NCBI GenBank assembly: GCA_040954595.2
Contig: CM082586.2
Span: forward strand, 8,339,337-8,403,336
Direction of reading: 5' to 3'
DNA length: 64,000 nucleotides
DNA from: Balanoglossus misakiensis
Lineage: Eukaryota > Animalia > Hemichordata
Positions within the stretch are counted from its first letter, which is position 1. Each line of letters starts with the position of its first letter. Under the pieces are notes generated by a model. The model saw only the letters and a list, made by a program, of their open reading frames with translations, was not told where the DNA came from and did not search any database. Both the position numbers and the translations under genes were made by a program. Shown piece after piece: positions 1 through 29,300 of the stretch.

Positions 1-382
1 TAAAGGACGAATCCATTCAAAACGTTGAAAACCAATGACTCTACATATTAGTTTGCCAACCTGTTCATTTAGATTACTGTCAATTGAATTGAATTGTTTG
101 TACTGTAAAATTGAAGTGGTCTGAGTTGGACAAGGTTAACATATTAAGATACATTGCTATTTTCAGTGACCGGATCAAAGGTGATAAACTATTCTCTGTC
201 AAAAATTATAAATGTTTTGCAGAAGCCAAACATTCCCCCGCCTGGAACGTTTAATCCGTGTGTATCTTGGATACAGGCTTAGCAACAACATGTTTCTGAA
301 TAAACAATAGAATAATCAAAAGCGTTTTAAACTATTTAAACGTAATAAGTCAGTTTATTTCTTCACGTTGTGTTCAGCCTTT

Positions 383-16142
<15,760 letters not shown>

Positions 16143-16815
16143 TTTGGTTTTATAATCGATGTTTTGGTGCCAGCAATTCTTATGAGACGTTTGGACGATC
16201 GAGAAGTAAACCTGGAGACAAGATCCGAGTTGAAGGAAGTCGACACTGATTCAATACTGCTCAGGTGACACAGGTGTTTATCACTTTGAGAACTTGGGCG
16301 CGTCCGTTATAAATCAAATGACGTCGACACAATGATAACGTTTGGCCATAAACATTTCTGCTAATGTACAGTGGCTTTCCAGTTGGCTCTTCCAAATATA
16401 GTGTACGCCCTCCAAATTATTATATTAAAGAGGCTGACAGTTTAATTTATTGCGGGTTTCCGCTGAAATCATACTTGAAAACAATTCATAGCAAAATGGA
16501 TTCCGGCAGCAGAGCCATATTTTAAAACTTAGTTTTCTAGTTGCTGAGTAAAATTTACGTGAAATGACTCAAAAACTACACACATGAACCAAATCTAGCC
16601 ATGTGCTTAACTTTCCAAATAATCCGGACAACTGTCGACGGTAAAATTGGCACATAAAAACAAAAGACGACAATTTGATTGATGCTTGTCGACGATCCTG
16701 TGCTTGGCTCACAGTGCGCCCTCATGCGACAGAATCGCTTCATTCACGGGACCAGGCAAAATGGCGACCATCGTAAGTTGATTAACTGTCGAGTATCTTC
16801 TTGTCTCACATAACC

Positions 16816-18971
16816 ATGGTTTCCTGTCGTGAAAACCTTATATTCTACACATTGCTGTTCGTAGGAGTGGCAGCAGTCTGTGTTCAGGTGAGAATTAGTG
16901 GTTGTGCCTCCATGTAGGGTTCGAAAAACACATTTACAACGCAAAACGGGTATCGGTACTTCCGGTTTGCAATCCACATCCACAGTGGTACACCCCTTGT
17001 GCCTATTCTCGGCCACTGTTATGAATAACGGCACGCTGGTCACGTTCCTTCGCTTGGTAAATTAGGTGTAAAGGGAATTCATCCTGATTTATGTTTCAAG
17101 CGAACGCGTTTTCTCCGCAGCCAACCAATCACATCACCGGTAATTATCATCGAACAGGTGGAGGTAGCTTGCAAGTGGATTGAGCGTGCAGAATGCGTAG
17201 CCCCCACCCCTCAGAAATCGTCTCAAAATACACAGAAATGAGAAGATAAACGTTCTTCAGCTAATGTGGAGGAAAACGACTGTTTTGGGGACCATATACG
17301 GAGTAATTGTAACTGTACCACCATGACCTGTCGAAGACATCAATGTGTACTGCCACTGACATCAACGTTTGAAAGTCAATAAATCAGATTTTTTCTTCTT
17401 TCCAGGCCCAGTTCGATGATGCCAGGTGTAAATGTGTCTGTCCAACAGATCCTGACAACAATCAGACACGTAGTATCTACATAAGAAATGTATTGTCAGA
17501 ACAGTGGTGAGTTTTTTTGCCAAACCCTATGCCTACAATGTTGGTTAGCGAACAGTGTTGCTTCTAGTTCTACAATCTGGTCATTGCTCTCCCCATAAAA
17601 AAGGGACAATGACCAGCGCTATGACGTGATTTTTTTTTGGGGGGGGGGGGGTAGATCAAGCACACGATGTGGCTTTCATTTTTTATATTAATTTTCCATC
17701 AAACAAATGATCAAAAATATGAAATAAGAGTGAGACGCAGTTATTCTGTTTTGAGACTTGTCCAAAGTCCCACCGTTGTTGATCTTTTACTGTCAAACAT
17801 AACTTGAGTATAGCATAGAAACAGTTTATTTTTGAGATGTCACCATGCCAACTGCCTGATTTCTTTTCAATTTTCAGCACGTGTGCACACATCGTGCAAA
17901 GGGAAGAAAAGTTCTGTCTGTTGTGTGAATGTCGGTATGAGATTAGAAATACAACTACAATTAAGGTAAATATGCGTTTGTTTCTTCCAACATTTATGTA
18001 TTAATATGGGAGAGGACAATACATGAGTAAATCGTCAATTTGTATCACCTGAAAGGGTTTGGGTCTATTTGCTGCTGTGTTTGTGGGTTCCATTTGACAC
18101 AGTTGCTAACAAATCAAAGTATACATGTACATGGGTAGGCACAAGGTGTAACTGCTAGTGCTACTATGAACATCATTGCACACAATATGGCTGTTACCAG
18201 TCTGAGTGCAGTTCAAACTACCCCCCCCCCCCTCTTTCACTTTGCTGCATAAAAAGATGTTCATTGAAATAGCGGCATCTTAAAATTACAGGAAGGCAAT
18301 TACAGTACAGATTCCAATTTGCCTACATTGTACACGTACCTGTTGCCCCACAACAGCAAATGAAATCTTTGAACTACACTTTGCATTTGATCTCAGATTT
18401 TATGCTGTAATTTATATTTTCTCTTCAAGGTCATGGTGATATTTGTGGTGACCTTGATATCCGCACTGTTTGTGTACATGGTGTACTTGCTAGCGATTGA
18501 CCCATGGTTGTGTAAAAAGAGAGGCTTTCCAAAATCCCAGCCATTGCAGGAAGAAGCAGAGGTAGGTGTTTCCCATTTTTCTTCCTAAACCTATTTTGAA
18601 TGTCTTCGCATGGCTCACACACATACTTAGACACACTTGGTAGTCTGAAGCCCCTGTAAAATGTACCAAATCGCACTGGTTTGCACTGTATTGGTTTGAG
18701 GGTCTTGTACAGGCCCTACTGATTAACACACACTTGGCAGCCTAACAGGCCTGGGAGCCAGGATTCTAGGCACCCTGGAAATCAAACCAGTTTCAACCGA
18801 CATGGTCTATCAATCTTCCCTCTTTCTCGTTTGTAGGAGGTTTCCACTCTCACTCCACGGCGACCGTCCAGAAGTTACTTCTCTCGTGTCGGATCGGCCC
18901 AGGAGCGCTGGAAACACAAGGTGCAGGAGCAGAAGCGAAATGTCTTTGACAGACACGCCATGCTCAGTTGA
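16816..18971 (+). CDS. TMEM9: Transmembrane protein 9 (TMEM9/TMEM9B family, V-ATPase assembly regulator), 5 exons, 175 aa
   Basis: Exons 16816..16887 (signal peptide), 17406..17506 (AQFDDARCKCVCP), 17878..17965 (FCLLCECRYEIRNTTTIK), 18430..18561 (TM helix) and 18837..18971 (QERWKHKVQEQKRNVFDRHAMLS*). These are diagnostic TMEM9 motifs and the phases match. Confidence 0.95.
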
Positions 18972-19815
18972 AGAGTTGACCGTTGTCTTGAATTTGATCA
19001 GCCATGCTTAGTTGAAGGGCTGTTCTTGTCTCTTTAAAAAGAGCAGTCAAATGTAACTAGCCAAGGCAGCAAATTATGGCAGACAGTCTGTTTAGACTTT
19101 GATATCGTGTACCCCTGTACTGGTCGTTACTTCCACTGGACATTACCCACAATTCAGTCTGAGGTTAGGGATGGGGTTGTTTTCTGACATTTCTGAATTC
19201 CACTAAGAAATTGTTGTAGCATGAGTATCATGCAATTGATCAAAACCTGTACAGTGAAACCTGTCCATACAAACACCTCTCTAATCAAGACACCTCTCAA
19301 TTAAGGACAGATTTTGTCCTGTATGTACAGGTTAAAAGCATCCGTCTATTAGCCAACATATCTGTGACCCACAAAAATTCAGCTTGTACTATGATCAAAC
19401 ACAGCCCCTCAGGGGAAAAAATAATCATGAACAGGCAAAATGTATCTGAGCAAAAATAGCCACATTTGTGTTCCAAATAGCAACTGCATTGGTATAATTC
19501 AGTTTTGTGAAGCTGGTACCACAGTTTACTGAATGTTGATTCATTCAAAAAAAAAAAAAATCTTGAACCATGAAAACATTATAAACATAGAGATTTGTAT
19601 TGGACTGTTACGTTTTGTGGAATGGGCACACATCTGTATGTGATTTGTCTAGTTATGTTTTGTGATGGTCAGTGTCCCTGTACCTGATTGATATGAGTCA
19701 ACTCTGTGATATTGTAACTTGCATGTCAGATGACAGTGTCTCCCCAGATCAAAGAATTGTGCAAAACTGTGAATATTGAAAAAAACAAAAGGGTGTTCCT
19801 AGTGATCATTATTAA

Positions 19816-20162
19816 AGGGACAAAGTCTCTCTCTTGCTGCCCTTTTTCTATTAATTATGTTTGATACAAGGCACCGTTAATGTTATTCTACATGTGAATA
19901 TATAGTGAATCAACGTTCAACCACACACAACTTCCATCCCGCTTGTAGACACGAGAGTGGAAAAACTCACCAAAATGAATAATCAGTCTCTACCATTTAT
20001 TCATTTTGGGCAAGTTTTTACTCTCATATCATACAAGGATGGAAGTTGTGTGTGGTTGAACATTCATTCACTACATATACACATGTACACTAACATAAAC
20101 AGTGTCTTGTATGAAACAAAATTAATGGAAAAAGGGCAGTGAGAGAGAGAGACTTTGTCCCT
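19816..20162. mobile_element. Kolobok-like palindromic MITE, family A (copy 1)
   Basis: TTAA|AGGGACAAAGTCTCTCTC... with an inverted end. Full copies also at 43830 and 52349; partial ends at ~2376-2403, ~41485-41560 and ~56538-56570. Confidence 0.8.
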
Positions 20163-20899
20163 ATTTTTAATAGGATCTCAGAAAGAACAGTGAATAGCAG
20201 GGTTTCTGAATATAGCAAATGTTTGATAGTAAATTCATTGTATTAAATCTGTACCTTGGTAGAAGACTGTATCTACACAAATATACCATGTATATATTGT
20301 TATATATTTCGTGTTCAGAGATACTAGTATTGTATATTGGTATGTGTCTACTTCACAGTTAGTATTGGAGTAAATATTTCAGTTTGTGAGAAGGTTTTAT
20401 TTATGTCATGAATGTTCGCCATATTACATGTTGAGTTTTAATGTTATATTTAAAAAGCAATAATATAATAAAAGGAATACCATGATTACATGATTTGTGG
20501 GTTGTTTTGTTACCCGAGAGATGAAATTGTATGAGATACAAAAGTTGATAAATCTCTATCACTTTCCCTGAAGTTGCACGCACTGGTTGCCTTGGAAACG
20601 AGTGAGGAACTTTGCTGTATTTCACCATGAACCGTGGTTTTGCCTTGTCTGTATGCAATCCCCCCGACTCTCCATACATTTCCATCATGCACTTCACAAA
20701 ATACAGAGATTGGGCTTGGGTTAGTGGATATCATAAGAAAAATTTATCTGCTAAATGAAATCTGTCGCCAGTTCTTCGTAGTCTCCATTGGTTGCCAGTT
20801 GACACAGACTGGACTTTAAAATTTTGCAAAGATTTCAAGCATCTTGCCTCAGTCTGCATTCAGGATCTCATCAAGCCATCTTAAAATCTTATAAGCCTG

Positions 20900-21090
20900 G
20901 TCGTTCATTGTGCTCTAACTCAAAGAACCAGCTGTGTATACCCACCTACAGACTCAACATGTGGTGAACATGCATTTTCAGCTGTTACACCACAACTCTG
21001 GAATTCTCTGTCATCTGATATTCAACAGGTGTCTAGTCTTAACATCTTCAAACAAAAACTTAAGACATTTTTATTTGTCAAGGCTTATGA
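20900..21090 (+). mobile_element. Degenerate 3' end of an L2/CR1-type LINE
   Basis: Translates in part to AFSAVTPQLWNSL ... FKQKLKT, the typical C-terminal motif of L2/CR1 ORF2. Confidence 0.45.
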
Positions 21091-21864
21091 ACACTGATGT
21101 ATATAGAATGCTTTCGAAATCTAAGGTCTTTTGATCATGTTGATAATATGAATTCTAAACTTAATATGTGGAAAAAATAGGTCATCTTGCTAGATTGTTG
21201 GGAAAGCGCCCTCTATAGATTCACGTCTGAGCTCTTTCCAGTTTTCGCAGATCTTTGTAAAACGGCTTCATAGATAAATATTTTTGGAGGGTCGTCATAT
21301 TTATTCACCATTTTAAAATCTAAAGTTAATGAATATTTCATTTTTAGAAATTTTGATATTTTTCTCTTGTTTAGTATGATAATCGCATATCCTTTCAACT
21401 TTTAAATTAAGCACATACTCTATAGCTGACATTTTTTATTTTGAATGAAAAACCAACGTTAACCTTAAAAGCTGACCTTATGGCCCACATACCGTCAAAT
21501 ATATACCACTAAAGACACCAGTTTCTGGAGCAGCATTAATTATTTTAATACAAAAGAGTGATATGCCCATAAAAATATAAATGCAAATTTATTACAATTG
21601 CAATTGATTCAAGCCAATTGCTAGATAACGTGATTTAGTACATTATAACATACAGTTATTATAATAATATTACTTGTAAAATCTGTGGTAAAATGCAGGG
21701 TGAAGATACATTGTTTAGAACTTTTGAGATGTGATATACATAATTACAACTGATACAAAATCACTGAAAAAATCCCTTAATCATTGATCAGAGAAATATG
21801 AAAATTGTTAAAATTCATATTGGAATGTCTTGAAAATGTCTACGTGCATGTCACAGTGCCCTTA

Positions 21865-22145
21865 GGCCAAAAAACATGTGCTGTTCCGATTACATGTTTT
21901 TCAAAAATAGGGTAGGTAGGTAGGGAATTTTTTTTTATTCTGCAATTTTTATTTCTCTGGCCGCCGTAGTGCAGAAGAATGACGTCATAGTTCTTGCGCG
22001 ATTCTCGCAATTTTCATAAATTTTGTATATTTGACATCATTACTTTTACTTCCGGTTTACGAGGCTCTAAAAAGTTTAGGGTCGGCGGGCTAAAATTAGG
22101 GTAGGTCAGGTAATCGGAACAGCACATATGTTTTTTATTTTGGCC
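21865..22145. mobile_element. Harbinger-like MITE
   Basis: TTA|GGCCAAAA..ATGTGCTGTTCCGATTAC ... GTAATCGGAACAGCACAT..TTTTGGCC|TTA. Confidence 0.7.
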
Positions 22146-23315
22146 TTAGGCGTCCAAGTTCTGACAGGCCCGGTTGATTGAAATGTAACAAATTAGATTT
22201 GAATCTTTAACATTTCATCCGTGTTTCATCAGATGGCATCAACAAGGGGTATTGTCACCTTCGCTAGAATATTTTCGAGGAATTCCACTCTGACAAGGGG
22301 AACTGAAATCTCTCCGAATGATCGATATTATTTTGCAACTGGTCGCCTCTTTACAAATTGCTTGGGATGCCAAACATGTCAAGAGGAGGTGAGTCACCTC
22401 ACCCCAGTCTTGATGAAACACTTTCACTATTTCATGTGATTGTATTGGTTGCGAAGTCATTCCAATTTTTGAATTCCAAGTGATCCTTGATTTCTGACAA
22501 TTAGTGATGAAAGACTCACTGGAAAAAAATCATATTTTGATCAAATAACTTGTAAAAAATTACTTTGTGATCATCTGCGTGGTATTGGCAATGATTTCAA
22601 TTTCATGAATACACAACGTTTGTTTTAGCGTGGCAAACCTCTAAGTCTGCTTGAATGCAGCAAAATATTTACTCAAAATATTCTCAAAATATTCACTCAA
22701 ATTAAAGTCTCCATTCACGGAAATACGTGCTGATCGATATGGGTGATTTTTCTTCACATCGCCTGTTTCCGCGTCATCCGACAACCGGTGAGGGCGGTGA
22801 TCTAGAGATAATAATACTCACGCTGAAATCTATTCTAAGTCCTTTCTTCTTGTATGTGCATGTGGTTTCAGCATTGCCACGTTTTGGACCACTACCTGCG
22901 AATTTCATCACGTTCAGAATTCACACTGACCATGGGTTCTTTCAAGGTCGACTTCAATTCTTCGATTTCAAATGACGTCAGACGCATTCAGGTGCAGATA
23001 CGTTGGCATCCAAATTTCCAGATGACGGGCAACTTCAGCAACGTGGTGCAGGCGACAACTGTGCAGACGAAACGCCATGAGGCTGATGAGGCACCATACT
23101 TGATACATGTTGCGTGTCTGGTGGTTCTAAAGTATAATCATACTCGGAAAAAAACTTTTTGCCGAAATATTGCGACGTTGCTCGTCACCTAGAAATGACA
23201 ATGCCGTGGGTCACATGGCCAGATCACGTGATTGATGGTAGAGAATTGTTGATTCTTAACTGCGTTACGATGTGCTTGTGTGATAAACAGCCGAGTGAGC
23301 CTATGATTCAGCTGT

Positions 23316-26300
23316 TCACAGTAGACTACATGTCATTGACTTCTGTCCTTGAGGAAGACTGGTGGCCATCATGTCGTCGTCATCGGAATCCATTTCGGGT
23401 GTACGATTCATGGGGACGATTTCCTTCTGCTTCTGTTGCTGTGTTTGCACAGGTCTTTGCTCCTCTCCTTGTTTTCGTTTGTTTTTTCGTTTTTCCTTCT
23501 TCTTTCCTTGGTTGTGTCGAGGATTCTTCGGCTTCGGTTTCTCGACTGATCCCGGTTGTATGGGGTCTGTAAGTTTGGATATTTGCTCTCTGAACTGCGC
23601 GCGCAGTTTATCTTCGTCCACTTCCTTGACTTTGAAGAACATCGCTCTGTCGTCTGATGTGGTGATGAAGACTCTGTTCTTCTTCGGAATGATTGTGATC
23701 GCCTCAATGGGAGAGTACGCGTTTATGTTGATGACTTGTATGCCAAGGACAGCGCTCCAAACACGGAAAGTGAACTCTTCACTCGCGGTGCTCACAATGA
23801 ACTTGTCGTCAGCCGTGATCTTCGCCATTGTAACTGTATTTGTATGCCCGGTGAATACAAACACAAGGCGAAGGGTAGCCATATCCCAGAGCTTGATGGT
23901 CTTGTCGCTGGAAGATGTGACGAAGTAGCTGCCACCGAATGACAAGGTGACGTCTGTTATAGCATGTTCGTCTGCTCTGGACCCGGGTGCTGGTTGGTGC
24001 GCTTGAAATCGCGAAAGCTCTTTACCACTTGGAACTTCATAGAGCTTAACAGTGCCGTCGTAGCAACAGGCAATCAGGACATTCTCATCACTATTCATTG
24101 TAGAACAGATTATATAATCCCCGTGCTCCGTCTTTGCCTTAGAAATGACTTCCAGGTTTTTCATTTCCAGAATGAACATGCCAACACAAGTCACCAGGAG
24201 AATTGTTCCATCACGTAGAAAGTGGATGTTATTCACCCTGTCGTCGGGGTCATGTTGACCTCGGTACCACATCTTCTCGATGTCAAACCCATGGATATCG
24301 TCAGCGTAAGTGTCGCCTTCTATGAGGATAGTAGCCTTGCCGTCATTCGATATGCGTAGACCAGAACACCACACATCAAGTTCCCTGTTAGATATTTCTT
24401 CCAGGGTCTCAGTGTTGTACTCAATCAGGGACTTTGCACCAATGCCAAACAATCTGGTACCACCAGGGTTGGTGTCAATGGCGCTCATTGGATGTTTCGT
24501 GTTGGTGCGTGTATATTCCCATTTCTTCTTGCTCAGCAGAGTGCCAGAATCTACGTCATACAGACTCAATTTCTCGCCCAGGTTATCCAACACGGCCACC
24601 CGCTCCTCTTCTTGAACCAGCTTCAGTCTGTTTACCACCCGATACAGTTCAGGCTTTTTCGAGTAGAATGTCTCATTCGTATCTTTATTGTATTCGTCCA
24701 GGGCCTTGTCTTTCTCCCTAATGTTACCAACATTCCAGACTTTGATGGTTTGGTCTGAGGACGCCGTGACGGCCAAATGGGAGGATTGGTGTGACACTAC
24801 ACACATGTCATTCACACGCTTGACGTGATGCAATCTTGCCAATGTCTCGCAGTAGTTATTTCTTGCACCTTTCTTTGGAGGACTGACAACAAACCCATGT
24901 ACACACCTCTCGTGTAGGAGAACAACCAGTTCCATATCTTCTGTACGGACGATGTATGCATGTGTTGGATCCATACCGCCTCCCCCATCAAAGCTCATCG
25001 TTGTCAAGACGTTTCTCGTCGCCACATCATAGATGATCATGCCCCCGCAAAGGACCATCAACTTCGAATCACCATCAAAGAACCTCATTTCCTCGGGGAA
25101 ACCGTGAGTGCCATGGTTGAAGTACTGGAATTCATTTGTGTGGACGTCCAGAATGCCATCTTTCTCCCAGTGAAAGGCAACGTACCGGCCACCCTCTGAC
25201 GCTCCCAGCTTGCGTGACTCACGATGACTTCGCTTGGAATAATCCAATAATTCCACAATCATCTTACCACTCTTCAAATCCCAGGTTTTAATGGTAGGGT
25301 CTTTCGCTCCTCCACTTGTCACAACCACGTGACCTCCCTCGGCAGATTTAGCAATTACCAAATCATAAACCCTATCTGAAACAAACGACGAAAATTCAAA
25401 TGAATTTGACGTGAAATAGTAAATAGTATTATACAATATTTATACATATATATTATATATTATACAATTCATGTACAGATAAGACAAACTGAAAATTAGA
25501 TAGCGCCAATTTATAGATAGATAGAGAGATCAAGTCATACCTTTATGAGTTTCAACTCGTTTGTACAAGGGTTGGCCATTCTCCAAATTCCACACAGCGA
25601 AAAAATAATTTCGCACATAGGTACAGTCGTCCTTCCACTGAGTGAACATTTCAGCGACAGCAAACTTCGAATCGGGTGTAATGCGCATGGCACAATTCCC
25701 AAGACCAGTGTGACCATCGAGCTGCACGAAATGTTCTCCTGTCTCAATGTTCCAGACGTTTATTTGAGCATTACGGTCGTCCTCTGAAAATGATAACAGA
25801 ATATGTTATGTTGCTATGTTATGTTATGTTGTGCTATGTAATGCTATGTTGTTGTGGTATGTTGCTATGCTATGTTATGTTGTGGTGTGTTGTTTATGTA
25901 ATGCTATGTTGTGTTGTGTTGTTATGCTATGTATATGTTGTTACATTATGTTATGCTTTGCTATGTTACGTTATATTATTTTATACAAGATACATAAAAT
26001 GTTCTGAAATGAATGCAGTATAGCTGCCATTTCAGAAGTGGTTGTTTGCAAGATATACGATGGCATATGTGTATTGTCAAATAAGTGTAGATTTTAAAAA
26101 TACCAAAAGTTCAAGTTCAACTTACCATCCCTTTCGTTAGTGGTCATGAAACTGTATGTGATAACCATCAAATTATCTGGACTTATGACCAGGCCAAACA
26201 CAGGTGCATCGTGGCGTCCCTCCAAGGTGTGTAAGCTGGTACCGCTCTGCAGGTCCCAAATAATGGCTGTCTTGTCCTTTGAACCGCTCACCAATAGTCT

Positions 26301-29300
26301 GCCATCTGTTGTAGTTGCTATGCATTCAACTTCATCGGAGTGACCAACCAATTGTGTTCTGAGCAACCCTCCACCCTCTGGTAGGCACCTGTTGTAAGGC
26401 AACAGCGGCACCTGCATTCCTGTCGCCGTCTCGGCCTCTGACACCAGTCTCGTGATGAACTTCCCGTCAGCGTACTTCAGTCTGCCAATCAACTCGAAAA
26501 CCAGATTATCAGCCGAGTCACGGATAGCAGAGGCCCCCATCTGGATAGCGTCACTGACTGCGCGGATTTCCTCGTCGCTGCTGTCTTTCTCGATGGCTGC
26601 AGTGAAATCTTGAAGTACTTCGCCCAGATCCATCCCTTTCAGTTTTGCCATAAGAAAGTCGAAGTTACACAGTGTATGTTCTTTCAGCTTCTGCTTGTCT
26701 TCAGCCAGAATCAGATGGTAAGGTAATTGTGTCAACTTTCTGATGTTGAAACGTCCATCACCAAACTGCAGAGGCTGTGGAGCAACGTGTCTATCTTCTT
26801 CATCTTTCTCCGACTTATTAAACTTCTTCATTTGCTGTTGTGAATATTGGAAGGGTTTCTTCTTTCCTCCACTCCAAGTACCAATATAATACTCAGCAAT
26901 CAGCATATGTAGCATGGTGACATACTTGATGTCTTTCAAGTATCGCTCCTTGGCCGTTTCAATAAACTGACGGTGATACCAGTAGATGACACGAGAACTA
27001 TCTGCTTCTCTTTCAACTAGATAGTCATTGATTTCAGCTCGAATACGCGTCCACAATAGAGGTGGTATCCTTCGTGTTGGTGGCAACCAGTAAGCGTATA
27101 CATCTTGCAATACGTCATCATCTAGCGAGAGTAGATCTTCCAGTTCCGTCTCTGATATACCATTCTGCGATATAGTTAGGTATCCTAAAGCCCTTTGAAC
27201 GAGTGTTTTGCCGTGGTAGTTCTCTAGTCGATCGAATATCAGTGATATCATGCCTTTGACAGATGAGTTGATTTGTAACTGATTCACGGGTAAATAGGAC
27301 TGCCATTTTCGGGCTTGGTCGTAGAGTAACCTCAGAAAGAGCGGGAGACTGCACTGCTGAATTGCGTTGGATATGACAGATTTCTGATCGGCGTTGACAC
27401 CTCGTTTCTCTGACAGCAGCCAGGATTCCACGATTTTGATACTTTCACCAACTGTGAGAGGGTTGACTTCTGCATACCTGGCTGCTTTTGGTAACATCGC
27501 CCTCAATCTGTTAAGAATACTGAATTCATTCGGAAGAGTTGACACAACGATGGCTACGTGCGGAGGAAGATTTCGCGGCAACCAAGCCATCCTATGAGCG
27601 CCCTCAGCTGGCGATAACTGGTCTAAGGAATCCAGGAATATGACAAGCGGCTTGTCACGTGTTGCATGACTTAGAACCTGGGCAAAGCAACGAACCACTC
27701 TGAAGTAATCATCTGGAACCTGTTCAGGATCACCACCATATATTGACAGAACTTGCTGGCAAACCGATTTCAGCAACTGGCGTACTCCTGTACTTGCTGG
27801 TGTAGTACCGAGAAATCTTAGAATCACAGCCGGGCTTTTGTTGCCGAACCACTCGGATGTTGTCTGAAATGCTGCCTTGGCAGTAACTGATGTTTTACCA
27901 CTGCCGGATTCACCATAAATGACCATAGGAGAGGCTGTAGCAGGACTGCCTTTAACTCGCTCTTGTAAATAACCTTTGACCTTGGCCAAGAGGTCCTCTC
28001 TGCCATGGAATGATTGACATTTCAGCTTGCAGAATGTGAGATGTTGCAGAATTTCTTCATACATGGGGTTATTACTGATATTAGTGGTGTCTTCTTTCAC
28101 TGCCCTATCAATAAGCATCACCATTGTGTCGTAGAATTTCTTCAAGAATTCATCTAAGTATTGTCGATGTTCTGGGATATCCACATCTACGCCCTTCTCT
28201 GACCATTTCTTCAGGTTGGAAACAATTAGGTTAGGCGGTTTTAAGCAGTTAGGAAGTGCCTTGTCTCTCAAAGTGCCCAGTAGCTGCTTGGCCTCTTGGT
28301 CTACTTGGTTATTTTCCCACTTGATGTCGATGAAATTTCTCGCTTCTTTATTGTCTGCGTGTTGTTCCAAGTCAGTGAATTTGCGCACGAAACACACGCA
28401 GTGATCTTCTTTCTTGCCACTTGCATCAATAACACCATGTTGCACTTCATCGTGTGTTACTATTAAATGGAAAGAATTTGGAATCAACTTTTAGCAACGT
28501 TTGAATTTGCTATTCCTGGGGGTACCTTCGGGAAATAATGTTTACGAAAAGCTAGCGGATTTTCGATAGTCATAATGTTCTATTAAAAACTTTCTTTGAG
28601 TCATGAATAGATGAAGGCTAATAAGTCTCACCTGATATTGTATATTTTGCTGCTTGTGTCTTGTTGAAGGTTCCTTTCTTCTCACAAACGGAGGCAGCAT
28701 TTCTGAGTTGTGCCTGTAGACTTTCGAATATTCCCCACCATTTGTTGCGATCCTCGTTCATTTTGTCTGCGTTTTGTTCGTCGTTGAAATGTTTCAGTCT
28801 GGAGCTGATTGGTTGAAGGATGTAGATTGCCGGAATGGCATTCTGGTCTTTCACAAACCACTCATCCAGCGTTTCCACGGTTTCTCCGTTCTCCATGGAG
28901 ACTTTCCTCATGGCCTCAAACTCCACTGCTGGAATTTTGGGAGGAAATGGACGGTAGCCATACTTCTGACATAGGAATGTCTGCAATAGAAAAGTAACAG
29001 TGACGTATACACGAATTATGTTGACATAATCAAAATACGTGCACCACTAGACTCTTGACTACAAAAATGTGTTATACATCAATAAATGTTATAACATAGG
29101 TATTAACTGCATAACCATTTTGAGTAAATGATGGCAACCTTTTCGCTTCGTGCCGTTTTGCATGAACAGATAACAACCACGCATTTATGTAGTACATGAT
29201 CACCTGTTATTGTGTTTTTGTGGCTTTTAACGGAAGCTAAACTTGAGAATATATCTGAATGATTTCAGTACAAACCATATTCACAATAATCTCACGCCCT

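Noticed and set aside
20401-20880. Short minus-strand ORFs with EVHDGNVWR, faintly like an EnSpm DIYDG..W motif
   Set aside because: A single weak motif amid stops, with no TIRs; not supportable.
25790-26023. Cys/Val/Met/Tyr-rich ORFs
   Set aside because: Translations of an intronic pentanucleotide microsatellite.
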